DNA of 64,000 bases, taken from positions 7,317,794 to 7,381,793 of the forward strand of contig CAVNZM010000010.1 of NCBI GenBank assembly GCA_963693365.1, given 5' to 3'. Source of the DNA: Amoebidium appalachense. Lineage: Eukaryota > Protista > Ichthyosporea. The notes beneath the pieces are model-generated. The model searched no databases. It had not been told where the DNA came from and worked only from the letters and a program-made list of their open reading frames with translations. This document shows, piece after piece, positions 1-12,819 of the stretch (position 1 is its first letter; each line of letters begins with the position of its first letter). A program made the position numbers and the translations under genes.

Positions 1-56
1 ATAAGCAACAACGGAAAGAGTATCAGCTATACGATGTACGAAAAAAAAGAGAGAGA

Positions 57-410
57 GAGAAGATATCGATATTGAGGAAATGAAAACCCGGAAAAGAACA
101 CACCCATTTCACTTTTCTCTGATGTTAGAATCATGATGAGAGTTCAAAATATTAATAATAATAAAAATAAACAAATAAAAAATAAAAGTAAACAAGATAT
201 AAATTCCACTAGGCTGAAAAATAAAGAAATCAGAAAAGCGTGCGTGCAAAAACAGCCCTCCTCCACCCCCAACTCCCGGACAGTCACCACAACATATGGG
301 AGTAAAGCACAATTTCGGTATACTTTGGACGATTATACCGGTTAAATAGAGAAGAGAAGATATTAAGGAAATGAAAACCCGGAAAAGAACACACCCATCT
401 CACTTTTTTT
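57..410. repeat. Dispersed direct repeat of ~60 bp (two copies, ~57-118 and ~352-410)
   Basis: GATATT(G/A)AGGAAATGAAAACCCGGAAAAGAACACACCCAT(T/C)TCACTTTT occurs twice, about 290 bp apart. Confidence 0.8.
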
Positions 411-990
411 TCTCAATCATCCGCCTTGTGTGTCACCTTCTCGTCATTTGTTTGGAACGAATGTCGTTGAAACCGTCATTCCCGATGTGTCGGGCCTGTG
501 TGTGTATGTATGGGTGTGTGGGTGTGGGTGTGGGTGTGTGTGTGTTTGGGGGGGGGGGGGTTTGGGTTGGTGGATGTGTGTGCGCATGTGGATGTGCATG
601 TGTGATTGTGTCTGGGCATATTTGTGAATGTGCAGGGGGAAGTGGGGTTTTGAAACTGCTGGTAAGAAGGGGCAGGTGGCGGGGAAGAGAGGAGGGGGAA
701 AAAGGCAGTGGTAAGGGAGGGGGGGGCCGGCAGTGGAGGGAGGGAGGGGGGGGGGGGGGGGGGGGTTGTCCCGACGTTTTTCTTCTGTCTTTCCGCTCCA
801 TGTTTTTTCTTGATTGCTTTTGCTTTCCGCATTTATCATGTGGATCCATATTCCTTTTTTTCGGGGGGCAGGGCCCGGAAGAAGGGGGGGGGGGGGGGGG
901 GGGGGGGGGGAGGAGGAGGACCGGGGAGGAGGTTTACGTGCCCCGGGTGGAAAAGGGGGGGTAGGGGGGGGGGGGGGGGGGGGGGGGGGG

Positions 991-1694
991 TCACACACCG
1001 TGTGTCCATTGTGGTCGGGCAGGCTGTACCAGTGGCTGGAATTGGGTCTCGACCTCCATGCCGTGTGAGCCATCACCGAGGTCCAAGTCCATGTGCGTAA
1101 TATCGGCCAGCCCAGCAGTGTCCATCGGTGTTGTCTGATTGGTGAATTCCATTGCCTGCTGTCCCCCCAGACTGCCTGCCTGCCGGCACTCAATCGGGTC
1201 CTCCTCCATGGGAAGGGTCTCCTGATACTCGCCCTCGCTATTGATTGACTGGTTGGCTGAAATTTCCATCTCGATGGGGTTTTGGACGGGTTGGACTCCC
1301 GGGATGTCAAAAGTGGAAGGGAGGGGGTCTGTGGCAACGTCCGTTTCGTTTTCAGAGAATATTTCCTTCAGCAGTGCCTCCACATAACCGCTGTCAGTGG
1401 AGTCTGTGATTGGCTCCTTTTCCTCCGGGGCATAAACGGTTTCATCGGTGATTGGCTCCTTTTCCTCAGGGGCGCAGACGATTGGCTCGATCTCATAAGG
1501 GATATGCCTCGGGGGCAGGACGGATGTCGTTCATGGTTGGCTCGTTTTCCTCGTAAGCGGGGGCCTGACCTTGGTCGTAGGAGGAAAGGAGGGGGTCCAC
1601 TGGTGTGTTGGGGGGTTGGTCTAGGGGAGGCTGCTGGATGCACTCGGTGCTTGGCTCTGCCTCCATCCACTGGCCGTCATCGTATGGGAGAGGG

Positions 1695-1765
<71 letters not shown>

Positions 1766-1943
1766 CGTGCGTGTACATGTGCGCGCCCGTGTGTGTGTAC
1801 ATGTGCGTGTGTGTGTATGTGTGCACGGAGGATGATTGGGGTTCAGGTACATGAATAAGTAAGTGTGTGGTGAAGAGAAAGGAGAAAAAGGGTAACGTCC
1901 CAAGCAGCAGTTCAGAATTTGGGAGCCAAGGGTGGGTCTCTCC

Positions 1944-1977
<34 letters not shown>

Positions 1978-3298
1978 GAATGGGGGGAGGGGGGTGGTTG
2001 TTGTAAGGAGGGGGTGGGGTGGGGGGGTGGGGGAATGCAACAGTTTGCATGGGTTAGAGAGCACTTAGCTGGTTGGGGGAGGACGGAGGGAAGGGGCAGT
2101 AGCTTGGGGCGGAGGGAGGGGGTGATGGGGAATAGCTGGCGGGAGATGGGGATGGAGATCAGGAGAGGAGGGAGGGGGCGAAGAGGGGAGGGGAGAGGGG
2201 GGACGGGGAGAGACGGAAAGAGCGGGGGGAGGGGGGGAGGGGGGTATTTCTTACGTGAGATTTGCCAGCATGAACTCCATGTCGTCTTGCAGGAGGGCAG
2301 GCAGGGCCGACCGGGCAGCATAGGCCGCAGAACGCTGGCCGGCACGGTGCAGCCTGATGACGTCAGCAACACAGGCCTCCATGTGCTCGGCATACCTGCG
2401 GGTGGAGGGGTGGAAGGGGGGGGGGAGAAAAAGAGGGGGGGGGGGGGGGGGTAAGACTACATAGAGAAGACAGGCTTTGAGCCACGTCCACAAAGTAAGC
2501 CAGACAGCACACGACGAAAACAACACGTGAGAAAGTTCTCGTCGTTTATTTGTCTCTATCCACCCTACTTTTACGAACAGATGTGCTTAACTTATAGACA
2601 TCGAGTCCGACCCAGCAAAACCACATAACCTATTTCATCGGCAAAGGCACTGAGTACTGAAATTGGCCGATCCATGAGAGAGAGAGAGAGGGGAGGGGGG
2701 GGGGGGGGGGGGGGAGGGGGGGAGGGGAGGGAGGGGGGAGTTCTATGAGCAAACACGTACTGGTTAAGGTGTTTGCAGTCGGCAGCAGGCAGGATGCAGC
2801 GCACGAGTCTGAGGTGGGCCTGCAGGGCGGCCATGCTGCGGCCCTGCACACAGTGGTAGGGCATCATGTGCACGAGGGAGATGATCCGCTTGACCTGCAG
2901 CCGCAGCGCCTCCCTGCATGGGGGGGGGGGGGGGGGGGGGGGGGGAGGGGGGGGGGGAGGGGGAGGTGGTGGGAGTGGTTGAGGGAAGGGGTTTTAGGTA
3001 CCAGAAGACACGGGGAGGGAGGGTGTCAGGCGAGGGGGAGGGGGGAGGGGGGAGTTCCGGGGGGGGGGGGGGGGAAGAGGAAGGTGTAATTGTGTATTTT
3101 GAAGGGGGGATACAGGAGGCTCCGTGGAGGAAGGGAGACGGGGAAGGAAAGTAGCTCTTAGCCTTTTTTGCTCCCGTTGAAGTGAGCATTCCATGAATGA
3201 CTCCATTAGAGTATATGAGTGCAAACATTTTCACTCCGTAAATCTGATTAAAGCAGCATGTCTGAACGACAGAAGCACACGCGCGCGCGCACGCACAC

Positions 3299-3392
<94 letters not shown>

Positions 3393-3888
3393 GAGTCAGT
3401 GTTCCAAAAGTACACTACATTCAATGATATGGACACATAATGTGTGCACCACACTGGCACGAGTACACGTACAGATCGACCAAAATGACGCGCACAGTCA
3501 CAAACATCTACAGCCACACACGCACATGTGAATAACACAGACGTTGTTACACCTAACACAAACCGTTGGTGACGGTAACACACTGATTGCAAACACACAA
3601 ACACACCCACATGTACAAGGACAACGTTTACATACACACCCGGCAACTAAGTTCACATTGGTTATCGCAGAGCCACTAATGCCGGAATAACATTCACGAT
3701 ACACCATTGGTTATCGCAGAGCCACTAATGCCGGAATAATGATTTAACGATACACCATGTCACACCTGCACACAACTACGTACACATACAAGGTCATTCT
3801 CAGCGCACACATTCAGATTCAGCGCACACATTCAGATTATGTACTTACACATATAAGAGCCACACACACACACAAACACACACACACA

Positions 3889-3926
<38 letters not shown>

Positions 3927-3991
3927 ACACACACAGACAAGCACACACACGCACACACACACACACAGACACACACACACGCACATGCGCG

Positions 3992-4038
<47 letters not shown>

Positions 4039-5124
4039 ACAGATGCGCACACGCTCCGCACACCCACACACAGTCACACACACACACACACGTACACACG
4101 TGACATGTACACAAGTTCCACACCCCACCCACACCCACATGTACACATACGTCATAGCGGCATCGTCGGTGGCTACATTCTGGGCCAGGCACGTGAGGTT
4201 TTCAGGCTTTGTGGGGTCCTTTTGGGGGCTTGAAGGTGGGGTGCTCGGGGGGTGTTGGGGGGGTTTGAGCAGAATTTTCGGAGGCTCAGCACGCACCCGT
4301 CTTGGCGACAATGTTGGAAATTAGCATCCCCAGCCTGGGAGAGGGGAAAGAAGGGAAGGGTAAGGAAAGGAGTGGCAGTACATACGTGTTTGGCAAGCAA
4401 CTTCATGGAGAGCCGTTGAGACCGGGGAGAGAAAAAAACGTAATAACGAGAACTTGCATATGTCATGAATGATGGGAGAATCAAAGGATGTTAGCAGGAA
4501 AACTTTTCTGGAAGCGTAAGAGTTAGAGCCTGCTTAAGCTAATTACAGGTTGCGAAGAACGCAGAGACCATACTCAGAGAATGATATTGTCGCATGGGGT
4601 GAGAGAAATCATTGAATCCATTGAGTGAGAAGAAGTACATATCCAAAAGGATTAAGGGATCCAAAAAGAATGCGCTGTGATGTTTGTGCATGCACGTGTA
4701 ACTGGGAAATGTTTGTGCATGCACGTGTAACTGAGGAAAATGTTTGTGCATGCACGTGTAACTGAGAAAATGTTTGTGAATCTGAGAAAATGTTTGTGCC
4801 ACGCACGTGTAACTGGGAAGATGTTTGTGCATTCACGAGTAACTGAGAAAATGTTTGTGCTGTATTCAACGAAGTAAAGAATGAATGTTCTTGAGGTAGC
4901 AAGCAGACAAAGAAAAAACGAAAAATTTAAGAGCAGTGCACTTTGCAGGGGGAGACCTACTCAGTTACTGTGGCCTCTTGGTCGACGCAGGGCCACTGCG
5001 GGACAGCAATTTGCTCAATGACGTGCACCCGCGCAGACAGCAGCGGCAGAAGCAGCGCGTACTGAGGCCTCAGCGAGAGAAGGGTGAGAGTAAACGCAAG
5101 TTGCGTAAGTGGAATCGGGTCCAT
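991..5124 (-). CDS. Uncharacterised multi-exon gene (or pseudogene) with an acidic, Pro/Glu-rich C-terminal exon
   Basis: Coding-like islands lie between simple-repeat introns: ATG at 5124 ([11 protein letters not shown]...), ~4150-4335 ([13 protein letters not shown]...), ~2757-2914 ([26 protein letters not shown]...), ~2255-2395 ([21 protein letters not shown]..., ending at a GTAAG donor) and ~991-1694 ([15 protein letters not shown]...[10 protein letters not shown] x2...[13 protein letters not shown]...). One apparent frameshift near 1497. A TATA-like TATATAAA lies upstream at ~5247-5254. No family recognised. Confidence 0.4.
3656..3757. repeat. Tandem duplication of a ~50-bp unit
   Basis: CATTGGTTATCGCAGAGCCACTAATGCCGGAATAA...ACGATACAC present twice. 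Confidence 0.85.
4680..4860. repeat. Minisatellite, ~29-31-bp unit, about 6-7 copies
   Basis: ATGTTTGTGCATGCACGTGTAACTG(A/G)GAAA repeated head-to-tail with no unique spacers. Confidence 0.9.
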
Positions 5125-5167
5125 GTTGAGGACTCTCGTGGACACCTTGGTCACGTGTTCTTGCTGT

Positions 5168-6672
5168 TGTGCGTCAGAACTGATGAAAGACTGCTGTGTG
5201 TGTGTGAAAAGGAAGGCTTGGTGTGTTTTGGGTTGATGGAAGAAACTTTATATAGTGATGGGTGTGGGAGACGAGACGGTGTAAAAGGATCTAATTCACT
5301 CACAGGTGATTGGTTGTCTTCTGCCACGTCATAACAGTGGAAAAGGTCAAGATAAGGGAGATAACAATTTCCATTATTAGACACATATTTGTAAGAAAGT
5401 AATCTTTACTTGCTGAAATATATTTAATTGTATGAAATGACCTAGTTTTTTTATATTTTATTCTTTTAGCTTGCGTAATACATTCTTTCAAGGGTCGCCG
5501 GGCCCACTATCAGTTCAGCTAGCTAACCTCGCGGTTATACGAGCTATGATTGGTCTGTTGTCAGTCATACGTTTATCCAGCAGTTTTATCCTTGACGCTC
5601 ATTGGTCATGTCCATCTCAAGGCGGGAAACTCCAGCAAACAGAGCCGTGAGCCTGACGTACGCGTGCGCACGCGTACAGTGCAACAACTTTCTCGGTGCA
5701 ACGTCTTGTGCATGTCTCACACGTACTGACGGTGTGCACGCGCTGCGTTGAACTTTATGTTCGCTGCAGGCGATTTTTCCTTACGCTCTCGCGACCGCGT
5801 GCATGCTTTCTGTCGCGGCGCCTCGACGGTTCGATAGAGTCCAGTGTTCGCGATCGCTGAATGTGTAAGGAAAAATCATTGAAGGAGCCATCTCAGTAGG
5901 TGGCAGTGTGCATGTGTGGGCTCTACCACTTTTTTTGTGCCCCTGCTGGTCCCAGGGTATCTGGACGATCCGAGTGCAACATTAAAAAGTGGCACAGTTA
6001 CGTAGGGCTACCTCGTATTGCTAGTATTCTAAGTACTATGACTGTGCATCTTGACTTCGTATCATAGTGCAGGCGATGAAACGCCCCCCCCCCCCCCCCC
6101 CCCCCCCCCCTCCTCCTCCTCCTCCTCCTCCACCACCACCACCACCAACCCCTCCTCCTCCTCCATGGCCACCCCACCCCCTCTGCCGGTTTCTCCGCCC
6201 TTTTATAAAGGCGTACGTGACTTAAGTTGCCCTTGACAGCCCTTGAGTTCCGATATTCTTCCCCACTTTCTCCTTCCCCCTTCCCCGTAACCCCCCTTCC
6301 CACCTCCCAGCCGACCGACCACTTATGCCACCATCACGACCAGGTCCTCCCATCCCCATCCTCTTCTTCGTTTCTTAACCCCCCCCCCCCCCCCCCCACC
6401 CTCCCCCCTCTCCCCCCCCCCCCCCCCCCCCCCCTCCCTCCCCCGTTGCCGCCGTCATCCACACCCAACCTCAGCCAGCTCACCCATAACCCCCCCCCAC
6501 CACCCCGGGCCCATCCCACTATGTCAATCAAGTTCCCTTTCGTCTCGAGACCTCCTCTATATCCCCCCCCCCCCCCCCCCCCCTCCCCGCCCTCCCCTTC
6601 CCCCCTCCCTTTCTCGCACTGCAGACACGCACACGTACACACTCCCCCCCCCCTCCCCTCCCCCTCCCTCCC

Positions 6673-6717
<45 letters not shown>

Positions 6718-6718
6718 A
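5168..6718. repeat. Tandem segmental duplication, copy 1 (~1.55 kb; uninterrupted pre-insertion allele)
   Basis: 5168-5622 matches 6739-7307 and 5615-6718 matches 10192-11207. The junction reads CATCTCAAGGCGGGAAACTCC with a single CTCAAGGC. Confidence 0.9.
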
Positions 6719-6738
6719 TAAAAAGAAGGGGGTTGTGG

Positions 6739-7649
6739 TGTGCGTCAGAACTGATGAAAGACTGCTGTGTGTGTGAAAAGGAAGGCTTGGTGTGTTTTGG
6801 GTTGATGGAAGAAAAAGTTTCTGCGGTTAGAGCAACATGTTCGGGCTGAAACTTGGGCACAGTTCTACGAATGTCTCGTTTGATCTGCTCTGTTCAACAG
6901 GAGTGTTGAAAGAAATTCGGTCCACCTTCATTTATATAGTGATGGGTGTGGGAGACGAGACGGTGTAAAAGGATCTAATTCACTCACAGGTGATTGATTG
7001 TCTTCTGCCACGTCATAACAGCGGAAAAGGTCAAGATAAGGGAGATAACAATTTCCATTATTAGACACATATTTGTCAGAAAGTAATCTTTACTTGCTGA
7101 AATATATTTGATTGTATGAAATGACCTAGTTTTTTTATATTTTATTCTTTTAGCTTGCGTAATACATTCTTTCAAGGGTCGCCGGGCCTACTATCAGTTC
7201 AGCTAGCTAACCTCGCGGTTATACGAGCTATGATTGGTCTGTTGTCAGTCATACGTTTATCCAGCAGTTTAATCCTTGACGCTCATTGGTCATGTCCATC
7301 TCAAGGCCAGGGTTCGAAGGACGGTGGAGCCCATTAACGGAAGTCGAAATCCCGTTTCGGAAAACCTCTACGAAAATCGGAATGCTCCGTCGGAGCAGGC
7401 CCACCAAAAATAGTAATCGTCGCGCATCAGTAAACTAGGGCATGCTTATTTGTGCCTATATTGCATCAAAATGTAATTATAATGCATACTCAAAAACCCC
7501 TGTGGTTATTAGAGGCCTTCCTGGTGTTAGCAGTTGAAGCTTTGAAGGAATAAAAGGGAAATATGAAGTGCATTAATGCAAAATATATATACACATTTTG
7601 TCTCCGTATTATAAATTCTGGGGGGAGGGGAGGGGGGGGAGGGGAGGGG

Positions 7650-7690
<41 letters not shown>

Positions 7691-9054
7691 GTGAGTTGAG
7701 GCAGCAACATGGGAAGCTCAGGCAGAAATCGAATGTTTGGGGGGGGGGGGGGGAGGGGGGGGGGGGGGGAAGAAAATCACGTTGGGTGGTTGTGTTTGTG
7801 TGTGTGTGTGAGTGAGTATTTTTCTTTGCATTGTGTGTGTGTGTGTGGTGGGTATGTATGCACGGTGTGTCACGTCTGTGTGTATGTGTACAGGTGTGGG
7901 TGTGTGTATTTGTGTCAGCGGTAATCGGTGTGTGTGTGTCTATGTTGTGTGCATGTGTGCACATGTGCACGTGTTTGTGTGTGTGTATGTGTTTGTGTGT
8001 GTGTGTGTGCATGATATTGTGTGCATTTTTTTTTATTTTATCACGTTTTGTTCCCGGAGGGCCTTTTCAGGCCCTCTAGGGAAACTACCGTCTACCACAC
8101 AGCACCGACAGTACACTAGTTAAGGTGCTATCTATGAGTTCAGCTAAGCTAAACCATCCTTCACAACCTAACTATAAGTACACACTTTGCCAGGGCTACT
8201 ACCCCAGCCACGCCGGCAGGAGGCTCCAGTCCTCCCCTCCATTCAAAACCTAGCAATAAACGTTAACCGAGGGCTCTCATTGGTCGATATACAGTATTGG
8301 GAAGTCCTAGGTGTTGTGTATAATATTTACGGTGGGTATGGGTGGATGATGGGGTGTGGTGGTGGTGGTGGTGCACGGGGTTGCTGCCTAACATTATGTG
8401 TTGTTGTACGTATGTTTTGGCGATGTTTTTGTGGACTAAAAGGTGGGTTTTACAGGGCACACCGGGTCTGTGTGTGTTCCGGCAGTCAGAACAGGCCGGC
8501 CGGGTGTGTGTGGGGGGTGTATTTGTTGGTGTTTTGGGTTTTTGGAGAGCCATACTTTTCTTTCTACGGGTGGTGGGTATATGGTGGTGTTTTTGCATTT
8601 TGGGGTGGGTGAGGGGGAGTGTTGTGTTCCGTGGGTGCCAAATTTTTGAAAAGAAAAAGGATTGCAACTCTACTGTGATTTTTCCTAAGATGGCCCGGGT
8701 GGTGGTCTTGGTGGTGCCGGTGGCTGCAAGTAGTGGGCCCACCGATCGTGGGCAGAATCCCCGTTCGACCCACTTGGTGTCTTCGGGGTCAGGTGGGTCA
8801 CCGTTGCCTCCTATCCAGTTTATCAATGCACATTGGTCTACCACCGTGGCTGCCGTATGGTATGATATTGTGTGCATGTGTGTGTGTTTTGTGTCAACGG
8901 TTATGGTGTGTATGTATGTATGTACAGTGTGTGTATGTATGTGTGTGTGTGTGCAGTGTGGTGTGTATGTATGCAGGGTGTGTGTGTCTGTGTATGTGTG
9001 TGTATGATGCCAGTGTGGGTGTGTGTGTTTGTACCAACGGTTTCTTGTGTCTGT

Positions 9055-9085
<31 letters not shown>

Positions 9086-10609
9086 CCACGGGGTGTGTGT
9101 GCGTGCGCCGTGTACATGGTGTGTGTGTGCAGTGTAAGTGTGTGTAAGTGTGCCTGTGTGTGTGTGTGTGTCTGTTAAACTTTGTGTGTGTGTGGGTGGG
9201 TGGGTGCATAGCATGTGATTGTACAGGGTGGATGCATGTGCCCGTTTGTAATACAGAATATTATGATCTGAGATAGTATGTGCCTGTGCACGTGTACTAG
9301 CCTAGGTCACATGTGTGGTGTCACGGCTGTGTATGTATGTGCATGTGTGTCTTTGAACGGAAAACAGTGGTACACAGTGTGTGTATTGCCTGCCATTTAA
9401 GACGCGTGCCACTGATCGTGATACACGTGGCACCTGCACCTGGTGGCCGTCGACTCTGAGCATCTAGATCCATTCCATGTTTACTAATAGGCCTTCCTGG
9501 GGGGGAAGGGGGGGGGGGGGAGTACTAGTGGGGGGGGGGGGGGGGGGGGGATCCGCCTGAGGGGGGGGGGGGGGGGGGGTGAGGCCGGAGCGGCGGTGGG
9601 GGGAGAAGGAGGGGCAGCACTGGTGGAGGGAACGGTGGGCAGCGGAGGAGGGGGGAATGGGGTTCGATTTCTGGGGGGGGGGAGTTTTGAAGTGGAGGCC
9701 GGCCTTTATATACATGCGCAGGCGTATGCATTGTATGTTCATGTGGTCATGCATGGCTATCTATGATGCATATGTGGTGTCACGGCTGTGTGTGTATGAA
9801 TGTGTGTGTGTGTGTCTGTGTGTGTGTGTGTGTGTGTGTGCGCGTGGGTGTGTGCATAAATGTGTTTGGTGTGGCGTAACATGTACATGTGCTAGGCTGG
9901 CGCTGTAGTCAGGGTCTGCCATTGAACATTCTATTTCTACAGGGACAGGGAGACACGTACGTACGTGTGCAGCTTGTGTGGGTGGTGTATGCCCCGTGTA
10001 TGATGAGACCTGCGAAGTCATGAGAAGCTTCCCCCCGGGGGCCGCGGGGGGGGGGGGGGGGGGGGGGGGGGGGGAGGGGGGGGGGGGGGGGGGGGGGGGC
10101 TCTCGGGCGTTCCGATTCGGCCGGGACGATTTTCGGAACTGTGTTTTCAAATATCGGAAATTCCGATTTTTTTTCGTAACTTCGAACCCTGCTCAAGGCG
10201 GGAAACTCCAGCAAACAGAGCCGTGAGCCTGCCAGGGCCCACGTACGCGTGCGCACGCGTACAGTGCAACAACTTTCGGTGCAACGTCTTGTGCATGTCT
10301 CACACGTACTGACGGTGTGCACGCGCTGCGTTGAACTTTATGTTCGCTGCAGGCGATTTTTCCTTACACTCTCGCGACCGCGTGCATGCTTTCTGTCGCG
10401 GCGCCTCGACAGTTCGATAGAGTCCAGTGTTCGCGATCGCTGAATGTGTAAGGAAAAATCATTGAAGGAGCCATCTCAGTAGGTGGCAGTGTGCATGTGT
10501 GGGCTCTACCACTTTTTTTGTGCCCCTGCTGGTCCCATGGTATCTGGACGATCCGAGTGCAACATTAAAAACTGGCACAGTTACGTATACATAGTGCAGG
10601 CGATGAAAC

Positions 10610-10650
<41 letters not shown>

Positions 10651-11207
10651 TCCTCCTCCTCCTCCTCCTCCTCCTCCACCACCCCCTCCTCCTCCTCCTT
10701 GGCTACCCCCTCTGCCGGTTTCTCCGCCCTTTTATAAAGGCGTACGTGACTTAAGTTGCCCTTGACAGCCCTTGAGTTCCTATATTCTTCCCCACTTTCT
10801 CCTTCCCCCTTCCCCGTAACCCCCCTTCCCACCTCCCAGCCGACCGACCACTTATGCCACCATCACGACCAGGTCCTCCCATCCCCATCCTCTTCTTCGT
10901 TTCTTAACCCCCCCCCCCCCCCCCCCCACCTCCCCCCTTCCCCCCCCCCCCCCTCCCCTCCCCCGGTGCCGCCGTCATCCACACCCAACCTCAGCCCGCT
11001 CACCCATACCCCCCCCCACCACCCCATCCCACTATGTCAAGAATCAAGTTCCCTTTCGTCTCGAGACCTCCTCTATATCCCCCCCCCCCCCCCCCCCCTC
11101 CCCGCCCTCCCCTCCCCCCCTCCCTTTCTCGCACTGCAGACACGCACACGTACACACTCCCCCCCCCCCTCCCCCCCCCCTCCCCTCCCCCCCCCCCCCC
11201 CCCCAAA
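6739..11207. repeat. Tandem segmental duplication, copy 2 (interrupted by a hAT element)
   Basis: Same sequence as copy 1, split at CTCAAGGC. It has ~115 extra bp at ~6814-6930 and lacks ~55 bp present in copy 1 at ~6005-6060. Confidence 0.88.
7308..10191. mobile_element. Non-autonomous hAT-superfamily DNA transposon (2884 bp)
   Basis: 12-bp terminal inverted repeats CAGGGTTCGAAG (7308-7319) and CTTCGAACCCTG (10180-10191). 8-bp TSD CTCAAGGC at 7300-7307 and 10192-10199. The empty site is visible in the paralogous copy at 5615-5622. Subterminal TCGGAA/TTCCGA motifs at both ends; no transposase ORF. Confidence 0.9.
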
Positions 11208-11361
11208 AAAAAAAAAAGAAAGAAAAAATTCGCCTCTCTCATACCTCCAGGCACCTAAGACCGACCCTCCCCCCCCCCCCCCCCCCCCCTCCACTCCACT
11301 CCTCCCCCCTGGTGGCCAGGCTGGAGACCTCGTGCGTCCGCAGCAGTCTGGACCAGTAGAG

Positions 11362-11403
<42 letters not shown>

Positions 11404-11861
11404 AAACACATACACACACACGCGCGCGCGCACAGCACACAAACACACACACAACCACCATCACCTGGTGATCACCATCACTATCACCATGGCCCTCACC
11501 ATGGCCATCGCTCCATCTACCTGAACGTTCACCAATCCCTGATATTTTAGACACCAAACTGCTTTTCGATTGCTTTATGGCCGGTCTGATGATGAGAGGC
11601 AGCACCCGGCCGCCGTCCCCGCAGGCCCCCACTGGGCCGCAAATAAATCACATGTACTGACTCCCGGCCCTGGGGCCATACACACGAGATCAATACAGAT
11701 AAGGCCCTCGGGCCCGAAAACAGAAATCATCCCCCCCCCCCCCCCCCCCAACCAAGCACTACTACCCTCAACCTAGCACTTACAGCTTAGATCCATAAGA
11801 GCTGAGAACAGCAGGCAAACGGCGAGGAAACAGAATGCGGGCGGGTGGGTGGGTCCTAAGA

Positions 11862-12011
11862 GAAGCGGCGAGGAAAAGACTGTTTGAGAGAAGCAAAAAA
11901 CACGACTTTTATAGTCGCTTCTACAGGAAGAGATGTGTGAATCAGATGCCGATCATCACACCATCTTCTTCCGATTGGTGGATAAAATGAGTATTTACAA
12001 AATATATCATT
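11862..12011 (-). repeat. Split direct repeat A2 of the DIRS-like element, containing CCAAT and TATAAAA on the minus strand
   Basis: Near-identical to 30034-30177. The minus strand reads ...CCACCAATCGGAAG...CGACTATAAAAGTCG...CTCTCAAACAGTC. Confidence 0.85.
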
Positions 12012-12100
12012 TTAGACACCAAACTGCTATCTACGTCCACTAAGACACAGCCGGCTAACATAAACTATTGTACATTTACGCTGGCTGGCTGGGGCCCCTC

Positions 12101-12152
12101 TGACATATACTAATCCGTCTCAGCAGATTAGCCTAAGTCTACGATCGAGATC

Positions 12153-12183
<31 letters not shown>

Positions 12184-12819
12184 GGGTCCACAGATCATCA
12201 AGATCAAGTCCGGGGCCTCAAGATAGCTGTACAGCTGCGTGCATCTTGCCTCTGCCGGCGCAGGGCATTGGACCACGTCAGCCGGGACAGCCGTCCAATA
12301 GAATTCTAATTAGTGTGTAGGATAGATCGTAGGAGGACTTAGGAATGTGATTGTTCGGGCAGAAGCCCTTTTGTAAATATTGGCAAGGTTTGATAGTATA
12401 TGTTGCCAAACGTATTTATATGTTTCGATGTAGAGGAAAGGGGGGAGGGAGGGGGGGGGGAGGATAGTATGAAATGTAGATTTAGACTCTGCGGTGCCAC
12501 TAGGGGGAGGGTGAGGGGTGAGACATGGATAAATATATTAGTTGAGTAGATCGACTTAGCTCGTGCAGGCGCACGATAAAAGTAGATCGGAATGTTAATG
12601 GAATGTGGCATCGTAGGGGGCCAGGTGATGATGATCTTTGAGGGCACGGCCTTGATGGCCTCAGTCGTAACTTAGACTCAATCCGTACGGATCTAAGTTT
12701 GCCCGTCGGAGCCTGGTCTTAATAAACTTTACCGTTTTTCTGTACACGTTCGTTCCTTTTCGTGTGGGTACACTTAGTAGAGTGCCGCGTCTCTAGTACA
12801 CATACATTAGGATACGACA
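12101..12819 (+). repeat. Gypsy 5' LTR (719 bp)
   Basis: TGACATATAC...GATACGACA. Differs from the 3' LTR by a 3-bp indel (ATTAG[ACA]TGTG) and poly-G length, as far as can be seen by eye. Confidence 0.95.

Noticed and set aside
4680-4860. Possible CRISPR array (~30-bp repeats)
   Set aside because: Repeats are head-to-tail with no unique spacers, there are no cas genes, and the context is eukaryotic; it is a minisatellite.
11579-11615. Hammerhead ribozyme suggested by CTGATGA inside a GGCCGG/CCGGCC stem
   Set aside because: No GAAA core or stems II/III in the required positions.
12339-12647. Identical 102-aa minus-strand ORF here and at 26364-26672
   Set aside because: It lies inside the gypsy LTRs, so the duplication simply reflects the LTR; no protein motif.
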